NCBI GenBank assembly: GCA_022813965.1
Contig: JALDZS010000005.1
Location: forward strand, 62,001-126,000
Length of the DNA: 64,000 bases
Source: Toensbergia leucococca
Taxonomy: Eukaryota
Direction of reading: 5' to 3'
This document shows positions 1 through 14,734 of this stretch, piece by piece (position 1 is the stretch's first letter; each line of letters begins with the position of its first letter). Position numbers and translations under genes: made by a program. A model generated the notes under the pieces. It was given only the letters and a program-made list of their open reading frames with translations, was not told where the DNA came from and ran no database searches.

Positions 1-899
1 TAATTCAACCGCAACTGCTTCATATGGCGCCAGGAGCTCCTCGACTGGACACGGGCGTGGTCGGGGACTCGATGAAACAGTCTGGCATCAAATTTCCATT
101 GACGTTCCACGGACTAATCCTCATCTTAAATTATATGGGTATGAGGCTACACAGCGATCACTGGAAAGAATACTCTATGTTTGGGCTATCCGACACCCCG
201 CAAGTGGCTACGTACAAGGTATCAACGATCTCGTCACGCCTTTCTGGCAGGTGTTCCTTGGCAGCTATGTCACCAATTTCAACGTCGAAAGCGGTATGGA
301 TCCCGGGCAGCTACCGAAGCCTGTTCTTGATGCGGTCGAAGCAGACTCATTCTGGTGTCTGACCAAACTTCTTGATGGTATCCAAGATAATTACATATTT
401 GCACAACCAGGTATTGTAAGACAAGTCAGTGCTCTTCGCGATTTGACCACTCGCATCGACTCAGGCCTAGCAAAACATTTGGAGAACGAGGGGGTGGAAT
501 TCATGCAATTTAGCTTTCGATGGATGAATTGTCTTTTGATGCGAGAAGTCAGTATCAAGAATACCATTCGTATGTGGGATACGTATATGGCAGAAGAGCA
601 GGGGTTCTCGGATTTTCATCTGTATGTGTGCGCTGCATTCTTGGTAAAGTGGTCTGAGCAATTGGTCAAGATGGATTTTCAGGTGAGTCTCGAGCAACCG
701 GACTAGATTTAGTCTAAGCGCAACAAACTGACGAATATTGAAGGAGGTCATGATGTTCTTGCAAGCATTACCGACGCGCGACTGGACTGAAAAGGACATT
801 GAGCTGTTGTTGAGCGAGGCGTTCATCTGGCAAAGTCTCTTTCGAGGATCGAGCGCTCATCTGAGAAGCTCAATTGGGATAACATCAGCAAACGTGTAA
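1..899 (+). CDS. GYP1: TBC-domain Rab GTPase-activating protein Gyp1 (5' end outside window); exons <1-682, 744-899
   Basis: Frame 2 reads WHQISIDVPRTNP...RHPASGYVQGINDL...EADSFWCL...MQFSFRWMNCLL (TBC IxxDxxR and YxQ motifs); GTGAGT..AAG intron 683-743; TAA 897-899. Confidence 0.93.
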
Positions 900-1097
900 T
901 ATCCATGTTTAATATGCTCTACTCCATACGGTTACTTACATGGATTCTAAATCATCATGTGCCCGGCTGTATAGAAGGTCTTCCCAACGAGGACATGGTA
1001 ATTACAATCGGCATTATGACGAGTCTTCCTAAGGGGTCGGAAGATCCAAGTTTTCCACCTCCAACTCCTCGCTTAAACCAGGTTCTTCTTTTTTGTG

Positions 1098-2355
<1,258 letters not shown>

Positions 2356-2649
2356 AGCTAACGTTGAGATTCTTCAGAGCCCTCCAAGGCAGTGTGCGAG
2401 GCCACTATCGCTCATGAGCTTTTACAAAGTTTTTTTCATTCATTGGCCATAAAGAGCCTCAGAACTTTTTTACAACCGAGAACCCTTGCCTCGCCTACAT
2501 TTATTCTAGTGAGCGGATAAGGCTGAAACGGATAGGCTAGTCTGTAATTGACCTAGCGTGACGCAGTCGGAATTACTTTTAATACTCCGTACAGACGGAG
2601 CAGAAGACTTTCTGTTTTAATCATCTATTCATTTCAGAGCAACGACAAC

Positions 2650-5643
2650 ATGTCTGGACGGAAAGATTTCCTTAGTCAGCCAGCACCAGAAAACTACGTC
2701 GCTGGTCTTGGAAGAGGTGCCACTGGGTTTACTACGCGCTCGGACCTTGGGCCAGCAAGAGAAGGGCCGAGCGAAGATCAAATTAAAGAAGCTCTAGCCA
2801 AGAGGGCAGCGCAACTGGGTGCCGCGCCGCCGACCGCGTACGGGGCCACAGAGAAGAAGGAGGAAAATGAAGACGATGATGAACGCTTCCAAGACCCAGA
2901 AAACGAGGTGGGGCTTTTCGCCAATGGAGCCTACGACAGAGACGACGATGAAGCCGACAGGATATATCAGGAGGTGGACGAGAAAATGGATAGGCGGCGG
3001 AAAATCAGAAGGTCGGTCTCCCTATCTCACTGTATACCCATTTTTTCCCCTATCCAGCTCGTGAAGCATATAGTTTATCATTTTCCCTGGATTTGAATGA
3101 GCAGATTACCGACTTGAAACCTTTCGGCACGTCTAGGGAAGCACGAGAAGCTCAAGAGCGACAGGATTACGAGGCCAACAATCCAAAAATCCAACAACAG
3201 TTTGCCGACCTTAAGCGAAGTCTTGCAAGTGTCTCGGATGAAGATTGGGCGAGCATACCCGAAGTTGGTGATCTTACGGGCAAGAATAGAAGAGCCAAGC
3301 AAAACCTACGAGAGAGATTCTACGCTGTACCAGACAGTGTTATTGCGGGAGCGAGGGACTCAACCCAATTCGATACTAGCGTTACCGAGGATGGTTCTCA
3401 GGCGAATGGAGGAGGGGACAATGCGGACGGCACTATGACCAACTTTGCAGACATCGGTGCTGCGCGAGATAAGGTCTTGAAGGTTCGATTGGATCAGGCA
3501 GCTCAAGGATCGAATACAGACGCTGGGTCGGGAACTGCTACGAATATCGACCCTAAAGGCTATCTGACCAGTCTTTCGAAATCGGAAATAAAAGCGGGCG
3601 AAGCAGAAGTTGGTGACATTAAGCGGGTACGAATACTGCTGGAATCTGTCATCAAAACCAATCCAAAACACGCACCTGGTTGGATCGCCGCGGCTAGGCT
3701 CGAGGAGGTTGCAGGGAAGATTGTAGCTGCGAGAAATGTCATAGCTCGAGGCTGCGAGATATGTCCCAATAGCGAAGACGCTTGGCTGGAGAACATTCGA
3801 TTGAATGAAAACCACAATGCCAGGATTATAGCAGCAAATGCCATACGGAATAATAGTCAATCTACCCGCCTTTGGACTGAAGCCATGAAGTTAGAAAACG
3901 ATGTCAGAGGGAAGAAGAGGGTGTTGCGCAGAGCTATTGATCACATACCGCAATCCGTGGCAATCTGGAAAGAAGCAGTCAATTTAGAGGAAGACCCTAC
4001 GGATGCCCGCTTGCTCCTCGCCAAGGCTACAGAACTGATCCCGTTATCTGTCGAGCTATGGCTTGCTCTTGCACGACTTGAGAGCCCCGAGCAAGCCCAG
4101 AAAGTCCTAAACAAAGCTCGTATGGCAATCCCTACTAGCTACGAAGTCTGGATCGCGGCTGCGAGACTACAAGAACAAATGGGAAATACTAGATTTAATG
4201 TGATGAAACGCGCTGTGCAGTCGCTCTCCCGCGAATCTGCTATGCTCAAGCGAGAGGAGTGGATAGCAGAGGCAGAGAAGTGCGAGGACGAGGGAGCGAT
4301 TCTCACAGCTGGTGCGATCGTCCAGGAGACCCTAGGCTATGGTCTGGACGAAGACGACGACCGTAAGGAGATTTGGATGGATGACGCAAAGTCGAGTATT
4401 GGAAGAGGGAAATACGAAACCGCAAGAGCAATCTATGCTTACGCTTTGAGGGTTTTCATCAACAAGAAATCCATCTGGCTAGCTGCTGCTGATTTAGAGA
4501 GGAACCACGGCACCAAAGCAGCGCTTTGGCAGCTTCTGGAGAAAGCTGTAGAAGCATGTCCGCAAAGTGAAGTACTATGGATGCAGCTTGCCAAAGAAAA
4601 GTGGCAGTCCGGCGAAATCGACGACGCAAGACGCGTTCTCGGTTTAGCCTTCGTCCAAAACCCAAACAACGAAGACATCTGGCTTGCAGCAGTAAAGCTA
4701 GAAGCCGACAACAAGCAAACTCCACAAGCCCGAGAACTCCTGCAAACCGCCCGCCAAGAAGCCGGCACCGATAGAGTCTGGATCAAAAGCGTAGCCTTCG
4801 AACGCCAACAAGGCGATATTCCCGCCGCCCTCGACCTCGTCAACCAAGCCCTCCAAATCTACCCCAAAGCCGCCAAGCTCTGGATGCAAAAAGGCCAAAT
4901 CTACGACTCGGAAAACAAGCTCCCCCAAGCCCGCGAAGCCTACAACACCGGCACCCGCGCCTGCCCAGCCTCAATCCCCCTCTGGCTCCTCGCCTCGCGC
5001 CTGGAAGAAAAAGCCGGCGTCGTCGTCAAAGCGCGTTCGGTCCTGGACCGCGCCCGCCTCGCTACACCCAAGAACCCCCAGCTCTGGACCGAAAGCGTGC
5101 GCGTCGAGCGCCGAGCCAACAATATCGCCCAGGCGAAAAATCTCATGGCGAAAGCCCTTCAGGAAGTGCCAAACTCGGGTCTGCTGTGGAGCGAGAGCAT
5201 CTGGCACTTAGAGTCGCGCACGCAGCGCAAACCGCGCAGCTTGGAAGCTATCAAGAAAGTCGACAACGATCCTATCCTATTCGTCACGGTGGCGCGGATT
5301 TTTTGGGGCGAGCGCCGATTGGAGAAGGCGAGTAGCTGGTTTGAGAAGGCGATTCTGCTAGATAGCGACTTGGGGGACACGTGGGCTTGGTACTATAAGT
5401 TCTTGGTGCAGCATGGGACTGATGTGAGTAGTCTTTGGTGCCAAGCGGGGATTATCTAGCGAAATTTCCATTCTGAATGCTGACGTTTTCGCGCAGGAAA
5501 AGAGGGAAGATGTCGTTGTGAAGTGCGCGCTCAGCGAGCCGAAGCACGGGGAGGTGTGGCAGGGTATAGCGAAGGATCCGAAAAATGCGGGAGTGGACAC
5601 GGAGGAGATTCTCAGGATGGTGGTGGAGAGATTGGTGGAGTAG
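2650..5643 (+). CDS. PRP6: U4/U6.U5 tri-snRNP splicing factor Prp6 (S. pombe Prp1), HAT/TPR repeats; exons 2650-3011, 3137-5423, 5497-5643
   Basis: APENYVAGLGRGATGFTTRSDLGPA N-terminus, NPKIQQQFADLKR, many HAT repeats, C-terminal EPKHGEVW; in-frame splice junctions. Confidence 0.96.
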
Positions 5644-6141
5644 AGGGCGCGGTTCTCTGCATTGTTTGGGGACATGGACTGGCGTTTTTGGGGCCCAGCA
5701 GGCTGTGAAGGAGCATCGGGCTTTGGTGACTGGCGTTGCGAGCTACATACAGGGTGCTTCTGTGTCGGTGTATACCACAACTTGAGAACGTGCAAAAGAA
5801 AGGATCCAGGCAGCCGGAATCCTGAGCCAATATATGCTACCTTGCTGATGGAAGACCGTATCGGATATACACAACCCACTCGTTCCACTCATGTATAGAA
5901 CCTCATTCCGAATTTCCGATATCGAACAAAGCAAAGCCCAACAGCCCGACCCAACAACAAAAACAAAGGGTATCTTTTTTCCCAAACACCCAACGGATCC
6001 TCTGATGACAAACGCCCCTTCGCCTTGCCGCCCCGCTTTAATGCATCAGATCCAAACCACCCGAAAGAAAGCGCCATCTCCAAATGCAAAAGCCGTCTAT
6101 CCAAAAACACACACAAGAAGCCCCGCCCCCTCCAAAAAGAA

Positions 6142-7651
6142 TCACATCCCAACAGCCAAGCACTCATCCAGCAACCCACTCAGCAACTCCCTATCCGCCT
6201 TCCCTCCCCCCTCCCACCCCCAATCCTCTTCTTCCATTCCTACCTCCCCATTAACAGCCACCACACCTTCTCCCTCCCTCCCCCTCCCACCTCTGACCCT
6301 CTCCCTTTCTTCCTCTTCTAGCTCCCCCTCGGCCCACCCTCCAACCACCTTCTCAACCACAACCGGCATCTGCCCAGCGCCCCAATTCCCCACCTGCACC
6401 GCAAGTCTCAGGTCCCCCATGCCCATCGCCCTCCTCCCGCCCGCCTCTTTAATCTCAACAGGCAGCAAGCCGTTCGCGCTCCCCCGCATGATTTCCCCGC
6501 GCAAGTATCCCTCTTCTTCCCTCTCGAGCTGCTTCCGGTACCGCCGTGTCATGATGCCGTTGTTGCCAGGCACGTTGCTGCGCGTACGGTTCAGAATCGC
6601 CGACAGCACTTCCTTGATATATTGTTCCGTGGCGGTGGCCATGAATTCGGCGCATGAGGTCTCGCAGCCATCGACGAGGGCTTCTTCGTAGCATATGGGG
6701 ACCATGCGGCCATGGATAGCTTCGGCGTCGGGGAACTCGCCGGTCTCCGAGGCGAGGGGTTGGGAGTAGCGTTTGCGGATTTCCATCTCCCAGTCTTGAA
6801 GTAGAATTACTAGATTAGCTTTTGAAGGACGTATCTTGGAGAGGGAAAAGCGGGGCAATGGGATGGGAACTGACTGGTTTTATTCAAGCCCCCTGCACTG
6901 GCAGGGACGGTGTCTGGGAGTTTGATCTGCTTAGCTTGGTGGTAGTCTCCCATCGTATTGGCGTAAAGGTCGAAAGGCTCAGACTGAGATTCACATTACC
7001 GGCACGTTAGTGAATATCTCTCACTGTTTTTGGCCTCTAGCTCATTCGGGAAGAAAATACTCACATCTGGAGCTTCTTTCAACCTCCGCCGATCCCGTGC
7101 TGGCAATTGCATGACTTCCGTCTTGAGCCTTTGCTCTGCTGCATCCCCAGACACAGGCTTTGAAAGAACAGTAGGTTTATCATTTGCGGACACCCAGGGC
7201 GCGACACCTTGATCGGGAGGATCGCGTATTACATTTCCATAGATTGCAGCTATGAGCTGGTTGTGAGTGTGTAGAATCAAAGGATCTGCGTTCAGGCATT
7301 GATCTGTCCAAAGAGAGAGCTCTGCTTGATTAAGATGCCCTGCAGGGTTGAATCCTGGTCAGCAAATGGCTTTTCAAATATTCACGACAGCCTCGTCTTA
7401 AGCAGGCGATAAGTACCGAGTATGAACAGGCTGATAGCTTCCTTGTAGCTGCCCCAATGGTCTCCAATGGCGCTTTTCAAGCTTGTATATAAAGGTTCGA
7501 GATCGATGCGCTGGGCGGTATTGACAAGCTTTGCTGCTTTTTGCGACGATAGTACGGCAGCTCCATTCGCTTTGGCTGTTACAAGAGATGACGGAGGAGG
7601 TTGGACAATGGAGTCGGAGCGACTTAGGGCTGCGGGGTCTATGTCGGGCAT
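6142..7651 (-). CDS. HFI1: SAGA complex subunit Ada1/Hfi1; exons 7651-7417, 7339-7065, 6983-6875, 6794-6142
   Basis: [65 protein letters not shown] recognised as fungal SAGA-Tad1 motifs; consistent GT-AG introns. Confidence 0.88.
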
Positions 7652-8129
7652 GGTGGGCGGGAGGTGATGCAGCGGGAGGCGCCTGGTCGGTTTATGGTGG
7701 TCGCCGCCGCATTAGAGGTTTGAATAGGAGACTTGTAGTAGATTGGAAAGCGTGAAACGCGAGATTGTGATGAATTGCGGTCGGTTGAGGAGGGGGGTGG
7801 TCTTATGCGGTGATTTATGCCAAGCTTTCTGCTTTTCACGGAGCCTCATGGAATATAGAGTATCTTGAAGATCAGTCAGAAGGGCTCCCAGCCAATTACA
7901 ATCCTGAATTCATTTTATTCTCATCTTCACACGTAATACGGCCTCTGCGACTTCTGTTGGAAATCTAAATACAAAGAAGGGTATTGGAAGGTCCTAATCC
8001 CAAATGCGATAGCATTTACCTTCTACTCCTTTCTCTATCTCACCCCTGAACGCCTCCCCCCGCCACGAGCTTCTCCAAATCCGACTAGACGCCTACTTAG
8101 ACACCTAAAACATTCGTCTCCCACTGTCA

Positions 8130-11100
8130 TCATTGTAGCTTCAGTGAATCCTCGTCAAGAATACCAAACAGCTTCTCAATTTCTTGCTCTACATCATGGA
8201 TCTCCTTTGAAAGCTGGCCCGTTACTAAAGCTGGGAAGTCCATATTTGTAAGTGAATATTACTCAAGCCAGGCTCCAGAGAACCCACCATAAGCATATAG
8301 TAAGGCGAAGTCTTCATCGGTAGTACCGGGTGGAACCTTTTCACTCTTGCGAAAACGGAAGACTTTGGCTAGCAATCTATCTCGCGCATGTTCAGTACTC
8401 GGTAAGGCATCGCTGAGCGGATACTCGAGCTTCATTGACGATGCCAGCACTGCAGTCATTTTAGCATCAATTGTGATAAGTGGGTGACGCATAACTTGCC
8501 TTGAAATAAATGACTGATCCTGGAACCCAGCTGTGCTCTTTCATCGGCAGTGAATTTAAGTATCTCTTCTTCGCCCCTGGTTGCTTTCAAATTTTTCATG
8601 ATTACAACGTTCATTGCATGGAAAGCATCCAACATCCTGCTTGTACTTCTGAGTATGGTCCCGTAAGCTGCATTAGGAAACGGCCCTCTAAGCTCAATTT
8701 CTGACGACGCTGAGCTTCGCAAGTTCTCCAATCGGGAGAGGAAGCGCTGCAGCTCAAATTCCTCGCGGATGTCCATGTAAGCGTTGGGCGACTCGCCTTC
8801 GAGTAGCATTGAAAGCGGATCACGTTTCCAGATGAGACCCATCCGTAACCAAAGTATGCTCAGACCATCTTTGAATTTCTGCCTCGCACTTATGGGCCAG
8901 ATAAGTCGTGTGACTATGAGTCCCCAGAGACAGCCGGACAAGACGGCAACCACTCGATGGAGCGTGATATCCGTGATCATGGGATTGTTCCCACCTTCAT
9001 CCTCATCGTGGTTGCCGTCTTTAACAGACAGTGAGTACGCGTAGAGAGCCGAAAGGTTATATGTGAGCATAATATAACGACCCATGGGGCCTTTCCCTTG
9101 CACGACAATAATGTACGCTGTCCAGAGCGACATGAGCCACCCAAACGTCGCCAGCGCGAAGGGATTACCCCGAGAGGCAATCCAGAATACGATTGCACAG
9201 ACAGCGCCTATACAAGTACCCAAAAATCGAGCGTAAGATGTCGTGTTCGACGATCCAATGGTCATGGAGCACACCAACATGTAAGACAGAAGTCCCCATT
9301 CGCCACGCCAGTGTTTGTAGAAGGGTCGAGTAGTGGAAAGAAAAGACGGCAATGCATACAGCGCAGCTCCGACACCGACCTTGATAGCAAACTTCGTATC
9401 ATCTCGACGAAAACCTCGGAGGACCCGCCACAAGCGGTAGAAATACGTCAACTGCTGGCGTGGCTTCTCGAGGACGGATTTTGAGGTCCCTTTTCGCTCA
9501 ACGGGGGTTGGTAAATGTTCAGGTACATCAGGCTCTTCCTGTTGACCTAAAAGTCTCTCTTCTTCTGCCAGAATGTAAGCACATACTCATGCTTTCCGCA
9601 AAAAAATCCTACCAGGGTCTTTCCTCTGTTTTCTCTCCTTATTCTTTCCACCATACCGCCAAAATTTCAACCAGTTCCAAGATCTTCGCCTTGATCCTTG
9701 ATCTGTTTTGAGTTTAAGGTCGTCTAGGATCTCCAGATATTCTCTCATCTCTTCGGCGAAGTCCTGAAGGCAGAAACTGAAATGTCCACAGCTCGCAGCG
9801 ACCTCCTCAAAGTCTGCTTCCACCTCGGCGGATCGAGTTTTCATCAAGTCTTTGTGCTTGTACAATAAAGTCAGAGCTTCCGTTCTGGCTTTGCTGTATA
9901 GGTGAATTGCCTCATCCAGACTTGATGAGAAGTTTGTATTAATTGCGATACGAAACTCTGGGCCCGGACCATAGGGAAGTTCATCTAGGATCTTCTTGCA
10001 CGTATATGCAAGCGATTTCTGCCCACCAAGTCAGCTAATTACTAGGAAGCCATGAAATTGACACAGACCATGGAAGGGCCTAAGTGAGCAATGAATCTTG
10101 AGAAGATCTCACTCGGGGAATTAATTGATGGAAGGTTGCTAACGTCATCTACAGAGTCGTGTGGAGTATTCGTATAAGAGTTTTCTGTGACTCGATCATC
10201 TTCCGGAGCTTCATCAATTGCAGCTAGGACTCTATAATTATCCTGGTTAGCTATCATGTCAGCCTCGGTGATTGACCTTGTGGCACTCATAGTGATTGGC
10301 GTGTAACTTGAATTCAGGGGAGTTGTTCCACCTCCTACAGGAGACTGTGCGAGAAGACTGAATTGCGTAGCCGCTGCACTACGCAAACCGCCAATATTCT
10401 GTGCCAGTCGCCTCATGCATTTGGCAAGTTCAGCCTCCAGCCGATATTCTTTTTCAGTACCCATAACATAGTGCTCATACTTTGCCTCCTTTAGGTTCTT
10501 CGCTAAAGAAGAGGATACTGCCTTGTAACGGTTCGAGGCTTCGACAAAAGACTCTTGCTGCAGCTCCTCTTCCCACCCCGTAAGAAAACTTCGAGTAATC
10601 ATTGACAGCATATCTGCAAAGGAGTCGGTAATTTGGATCATGTTCTCCCGCAATTCTTTCCTGGCAGATACCGGATTGATCAAGAAGCACACAGCGGTTG
10701 ACGCCACCACACCCATGATAACCATCTTCAAAACCTGCGTAACCTTATCGTCTGAGAATGATGCTGCCTGTACGGCCCCTTCTTTTGTCAAGACGGTGAT
10801 AATAGCCAAGGAAGTCAACGAACAGGCGACATTTACCAACGGATTTCCGAGTCGCTGTTTCACCCAGCCTACCAGACCCAGACCACCACCGCAGAACGCA
10901 ATAAGTACAACCGCATGACCGACAAGAATGAGATCCAAAGTTCGCCCAAAGAATATCGATACGCCCATGCTTGTGAAGCATATGACCACTGCGTATAGAA
11001 AAGCTAGCGCTGCAAGTAGCATGGCCTCGAACATGCTTCCTTGAGACCTTGCAGGATGGAAATATACGGTGACTGTAGCTACCATGTGTTTTCCGTCTTG

Positions 11101-11545
11101 CTGGCCTAATATTGCCGCGATGGGGGGAACAAAGGTCGCCATACTTCCAAGCAGATAGGCAATGGAGCACTTTAGAACACCCTGGCCCGTTTTGGAAATG
11201 ATGAAAGACCATGCTTGGATTAGGAGCGCCTTGAAACTTTGGAAAATGGCGCGTGAAGTACTGATTTTGATCTGTCTTGAGCCTCGCCGACCAAGCAAGG
11301 GGGAATGATCGTTTGGAGAGGGATTGCCATTTGCTCTTCCGCTTGACTCAGGGTCTCGAAGCGTCACGGTACGCTTGACGCGCTCACCAGTCTTGGGTAC
11401 GATGAAGGTTGCTTGACGCAGCTATTTTAACCACAGAACGTCAGCCAGGGGCAGGATGACTATTCACAGTTTCGAAACTAACGTGAGGTCTAGAAGTGCG
11501 GCGAGCGATTGGAGACACATCGCCTCCGTTTGCACTGGAGGTCAT
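8130..11545 (-). CDS. Multi-pass membrane protein, aromatic-acid exporter/FUSC-like family (YGL140C-like); exons 11545-11483, 11421-10069, 10018-9613, 9564-8500, 8449-8288, 8230-8130
   Basis: VLKCSIAYLLGS, TVYFHPARSQGSM, KFAIKVGVGAA, WRGEWGLLSY, IWPISAR motifs with hydrophobic helices; five introns, one of them GC-AG. Confidence 0.8.
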
Positions 11546-12097
11546 GATGCTCTACCCATGATCAAGAAGAACCACCTCACACAGAAGTACGGAGTAGGCT
11601 CACTTCCTATGTGAACGGTTGATTCTTCCTGCGCCTCGGAGTCCGGTACTCCGTAACAGATGGCAGAGGGAATTTGGATGTTGGATGTTGGATTAGAAGA
11701 CTGACTGCAGAGTACGGTAGCCGGCCTACCCGTCGAGATCCCTGTGGTGCCGGGAAGGAAGTGTGGGGAATTTAAAAATACTCTAAGTTTCAGCCCTACG
11801 TACCACGCCGTGCACGCGTACCTAGAGCTAGTATCCGGATATCGTTTGCTGCTTTAATTTCTTCATTCTACCGACTACTCCGCCGCATGATAATACATGT
11901 TCCCGATTCTGTTCTCCGCTTCTAATCAGAAACCATAGCGCCTACCAGTATCGACACCGGTTGATTTCAGGTTCAAAGCGATCTCGTAAATTCGCTAGAT
12001 TCAAGCACTATCAGAAACGCTGCTAGTCTCCTTGATGCATTGTGCTTGCAGAGTTGCAGGGAAATCTTAGTTTGCAGCATAGACTATTCATCTGAGA

Positions 12098-14037
12098 TCA
12101 TGACAGTCCATCAACTTTCCAGACCTTCACAGCCGCATCACCACCGACACTGACCACCTTCTGGTCGCTGTCAATCCACGCAACGCCGTTGACGCCGTCT
12201 TTATGAGCACTACCGACACTGATTCTTGTACCTGGCTTGGTAACGCTCCAGATGAAGATGCTTGTATCTAAAGCTCCGCTGGCGGCGTAAGTGCCGGAGC
12301 TGTTCCACGCAATTGAAGTGATCCGGCCTGTGTGTGACGACCAACGCGTGATGGCCACACTCCAGTCTTCGCAATTGTAGACGGTAATTTTCCCCGATGA
12401 GAACCCGACCGCTAAGAGGGTACCATCAGGCGAGAAAGCAAGAGCTGTGATTAATGAGCTTGTGTCATGGATCTCTTTTTGTGCATCCAATGAAAACGAG
12501 TAAATATGAAGTGCATTATCGTCCCCTCCGACAGCAAGGTTTGTTCCTTCCGCTGAAACTGCTGTAGGGCTGTATTTGGTCTTCAAATCTTTCATTTTCA
12601 GACCGTCCTTAAATATCTCCAATCCTTTATGTGAGGCCACTATAGCATGTCCGCTGAAAAATGCTACGCCCTTTGGCTGACCATCTGTCTTAGTAGATCC
12701 TCCGGTGAAAGTTCTTGCAGAAGTATCAAGATATCGTAGGCAATCATCCCAACCTACACTGTATACGCGTTCTGACGATGCTGCAATTCCAGAAACGTAG
12801 TTGGTATGGGTCTCCCCGTCAATAGCTTCGCCGGTTCCACGTGCAGTATCCCAACCGCAGACACGTCCGTCGCTACTTCCAGTCCAGAGAGTTTGTCCCG
12901 CGCTTTCGTTTCCACTAACCCCTATAGATGTAATATTTTTTTGATGCCCTTGCACGACTTTTTGCGGACTTTGTGTTCCCTCCGCGAGGTAGTTTAGATC
13001 ACCTGCAAGGTTCAAGCTCAGGATTAATCCATCAGATCTTCCTGTCGGCCATACCACTCCAACCTGGTGGTCTGGAACACTGATTGAGCCTTCCTCACCC
13101 ATTCGCCAGCTTTGTACGGCCTTACCAGCCTCGACATCCCACAGTTTCACAGTTTGATCGGCGCTTGAGGTGACGAAACGTTTTGAATCCTTTGCCCATG
13201 AGACCCCAAAAATACTCCCTGTATGTTCGCCTTCCCCAATCTGCCCTTTCACTTCTCCTGATTTTCCATCATACAGCCAGATCTTCTTGTCCGCGCCCAC
13301 ACTCACCAAAGACAAGCCATCCGGACTGAAGGCCACGCCATAAATAAACCTGTTATGCTGTCCCCTGAGGCTTGTATTAAACTTGAATGGTGCACCATGA
13401 TAGAAGACCACTGTTGTGTCATCGCTTCCTGTAGCTGCCCGGAGTGGTCTTTGTTGCCGTATTGATACACTGTTGATCTGTGAACTGTGACCCGATATTT
13501 CTCCAACTGTGTTGCCACTATCTGAGGTGATGCAGTGACCGAATCTTTCCTTCCCGTCGCCGACAGCGATTATTCGCTGGGATTCACCATCCCAAGCTAG
13601 GTCATTTATCCTCCCTCCGATGATATGATATTCGCCTTTCGTGTTCCTTTCCCCTACACAGTCCCAGACTCGGACACTTCCTGAGACATCTCCACTGGCA
13701 ACATAGTAGCCGGAAGGGGAGAAACGAGCAACAGTTGTCGATGTGGTGTGAGCGGTGTACTGGACGCTAAATGCAGGGTCGTCAATAGATCGAAGGAATA
13801 TTGACTTGTTAGACTATCACAGTAATTAGCTTGATCAGCTCGTGTCACATTCTGATCCTTCGAGTGCCTACATACTGGATATGCTATACGTTCACCCTTA
13901 GGATCTGCAGAAAGCTGTGTAGGTTGGCCGCGAGTTGTCGAAGGCGAACTAGCCCAAATAGAGTCTGAACCCAATCAGTACTCGAGTACAGGCCCAGAAG
14001 TGCAATTTGACCAGTTCAGACCTGCTTTGATTGACAT
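12098..14037 (-). CDS. AIP1: WD40 actin-interacting protein 1; exons 14037-14022, 13964-13876, 13813-12098
   Basis: SPSTTRGQPTQLSAD N-terminus, FYHGAPFKF, many WD repeats forming a double propeller. Confidence 0.92.
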
Positions 14038-14734
14038 CTTTACACGAAGCTCATAGCATGTCTACATCCTCAAGGGAATCCAAGTGAATAAAACATGTGC
14101 AGGTAAAACTACTCGTGACAAAAGCGGCATTCGCTTATTTATGGTTCGTCCTGGCACTAGAATAGCTGCAGCCTGCAGGGCAGCAGGATGACTAGACAAG
14201 GATGGTAGGTGTGAAAGTCCTTCTCGGCAGAGGCCAAGTAGTGATAATTATAGTGCACTACCCAACAAAGTACCTCGTTATGTTTGTTAGGTCAATTAGG
14301 AAAGGGGGTCGAGCGCCGTGGGCGCAACATCAGGGTTCATGTTCGTCCTGTTTGCCATATCCATAAGATCGGTGTAGTAGGGCTTGTTCCTTCAGCCCCT
14401 TGAGATGTGCCGGTTGCAAAGTCTGCAGAATTCCTACCAAGTCTAATGATCCAAAAACCGCATGTTACGGCGGCGCCTTGATCAGGGTAGATGGTAGCTT
14501 GGCGACTTGATGCCCAGACAGCCTTCTTTCACTTGTAAGCCGGTGTCTATAAGTCCAGATTGGGGGAAATTTGAAGGCATGCGGATCCTTCCATGCCTGC
14601 GTAGACTAACAAACAATGTAGGCCACCACGTTGCTGTGCCAAGATCGTAGTTCAGGACGGAGATAGCCGAGCAGTATCTCTGTCCTCGATCACCTTAGGG
14701 GAATATGCTTGGGACGCCTATAATCAAGACGACA

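Noticed and set aside
5891..6691. 266-aa S/P-rich ORF antisense to HFI1 (likewise 20206-20646 and 40350-41000)
   Set aside because: By-product of C-rich strand skew opposite real genes; no recognisable domain
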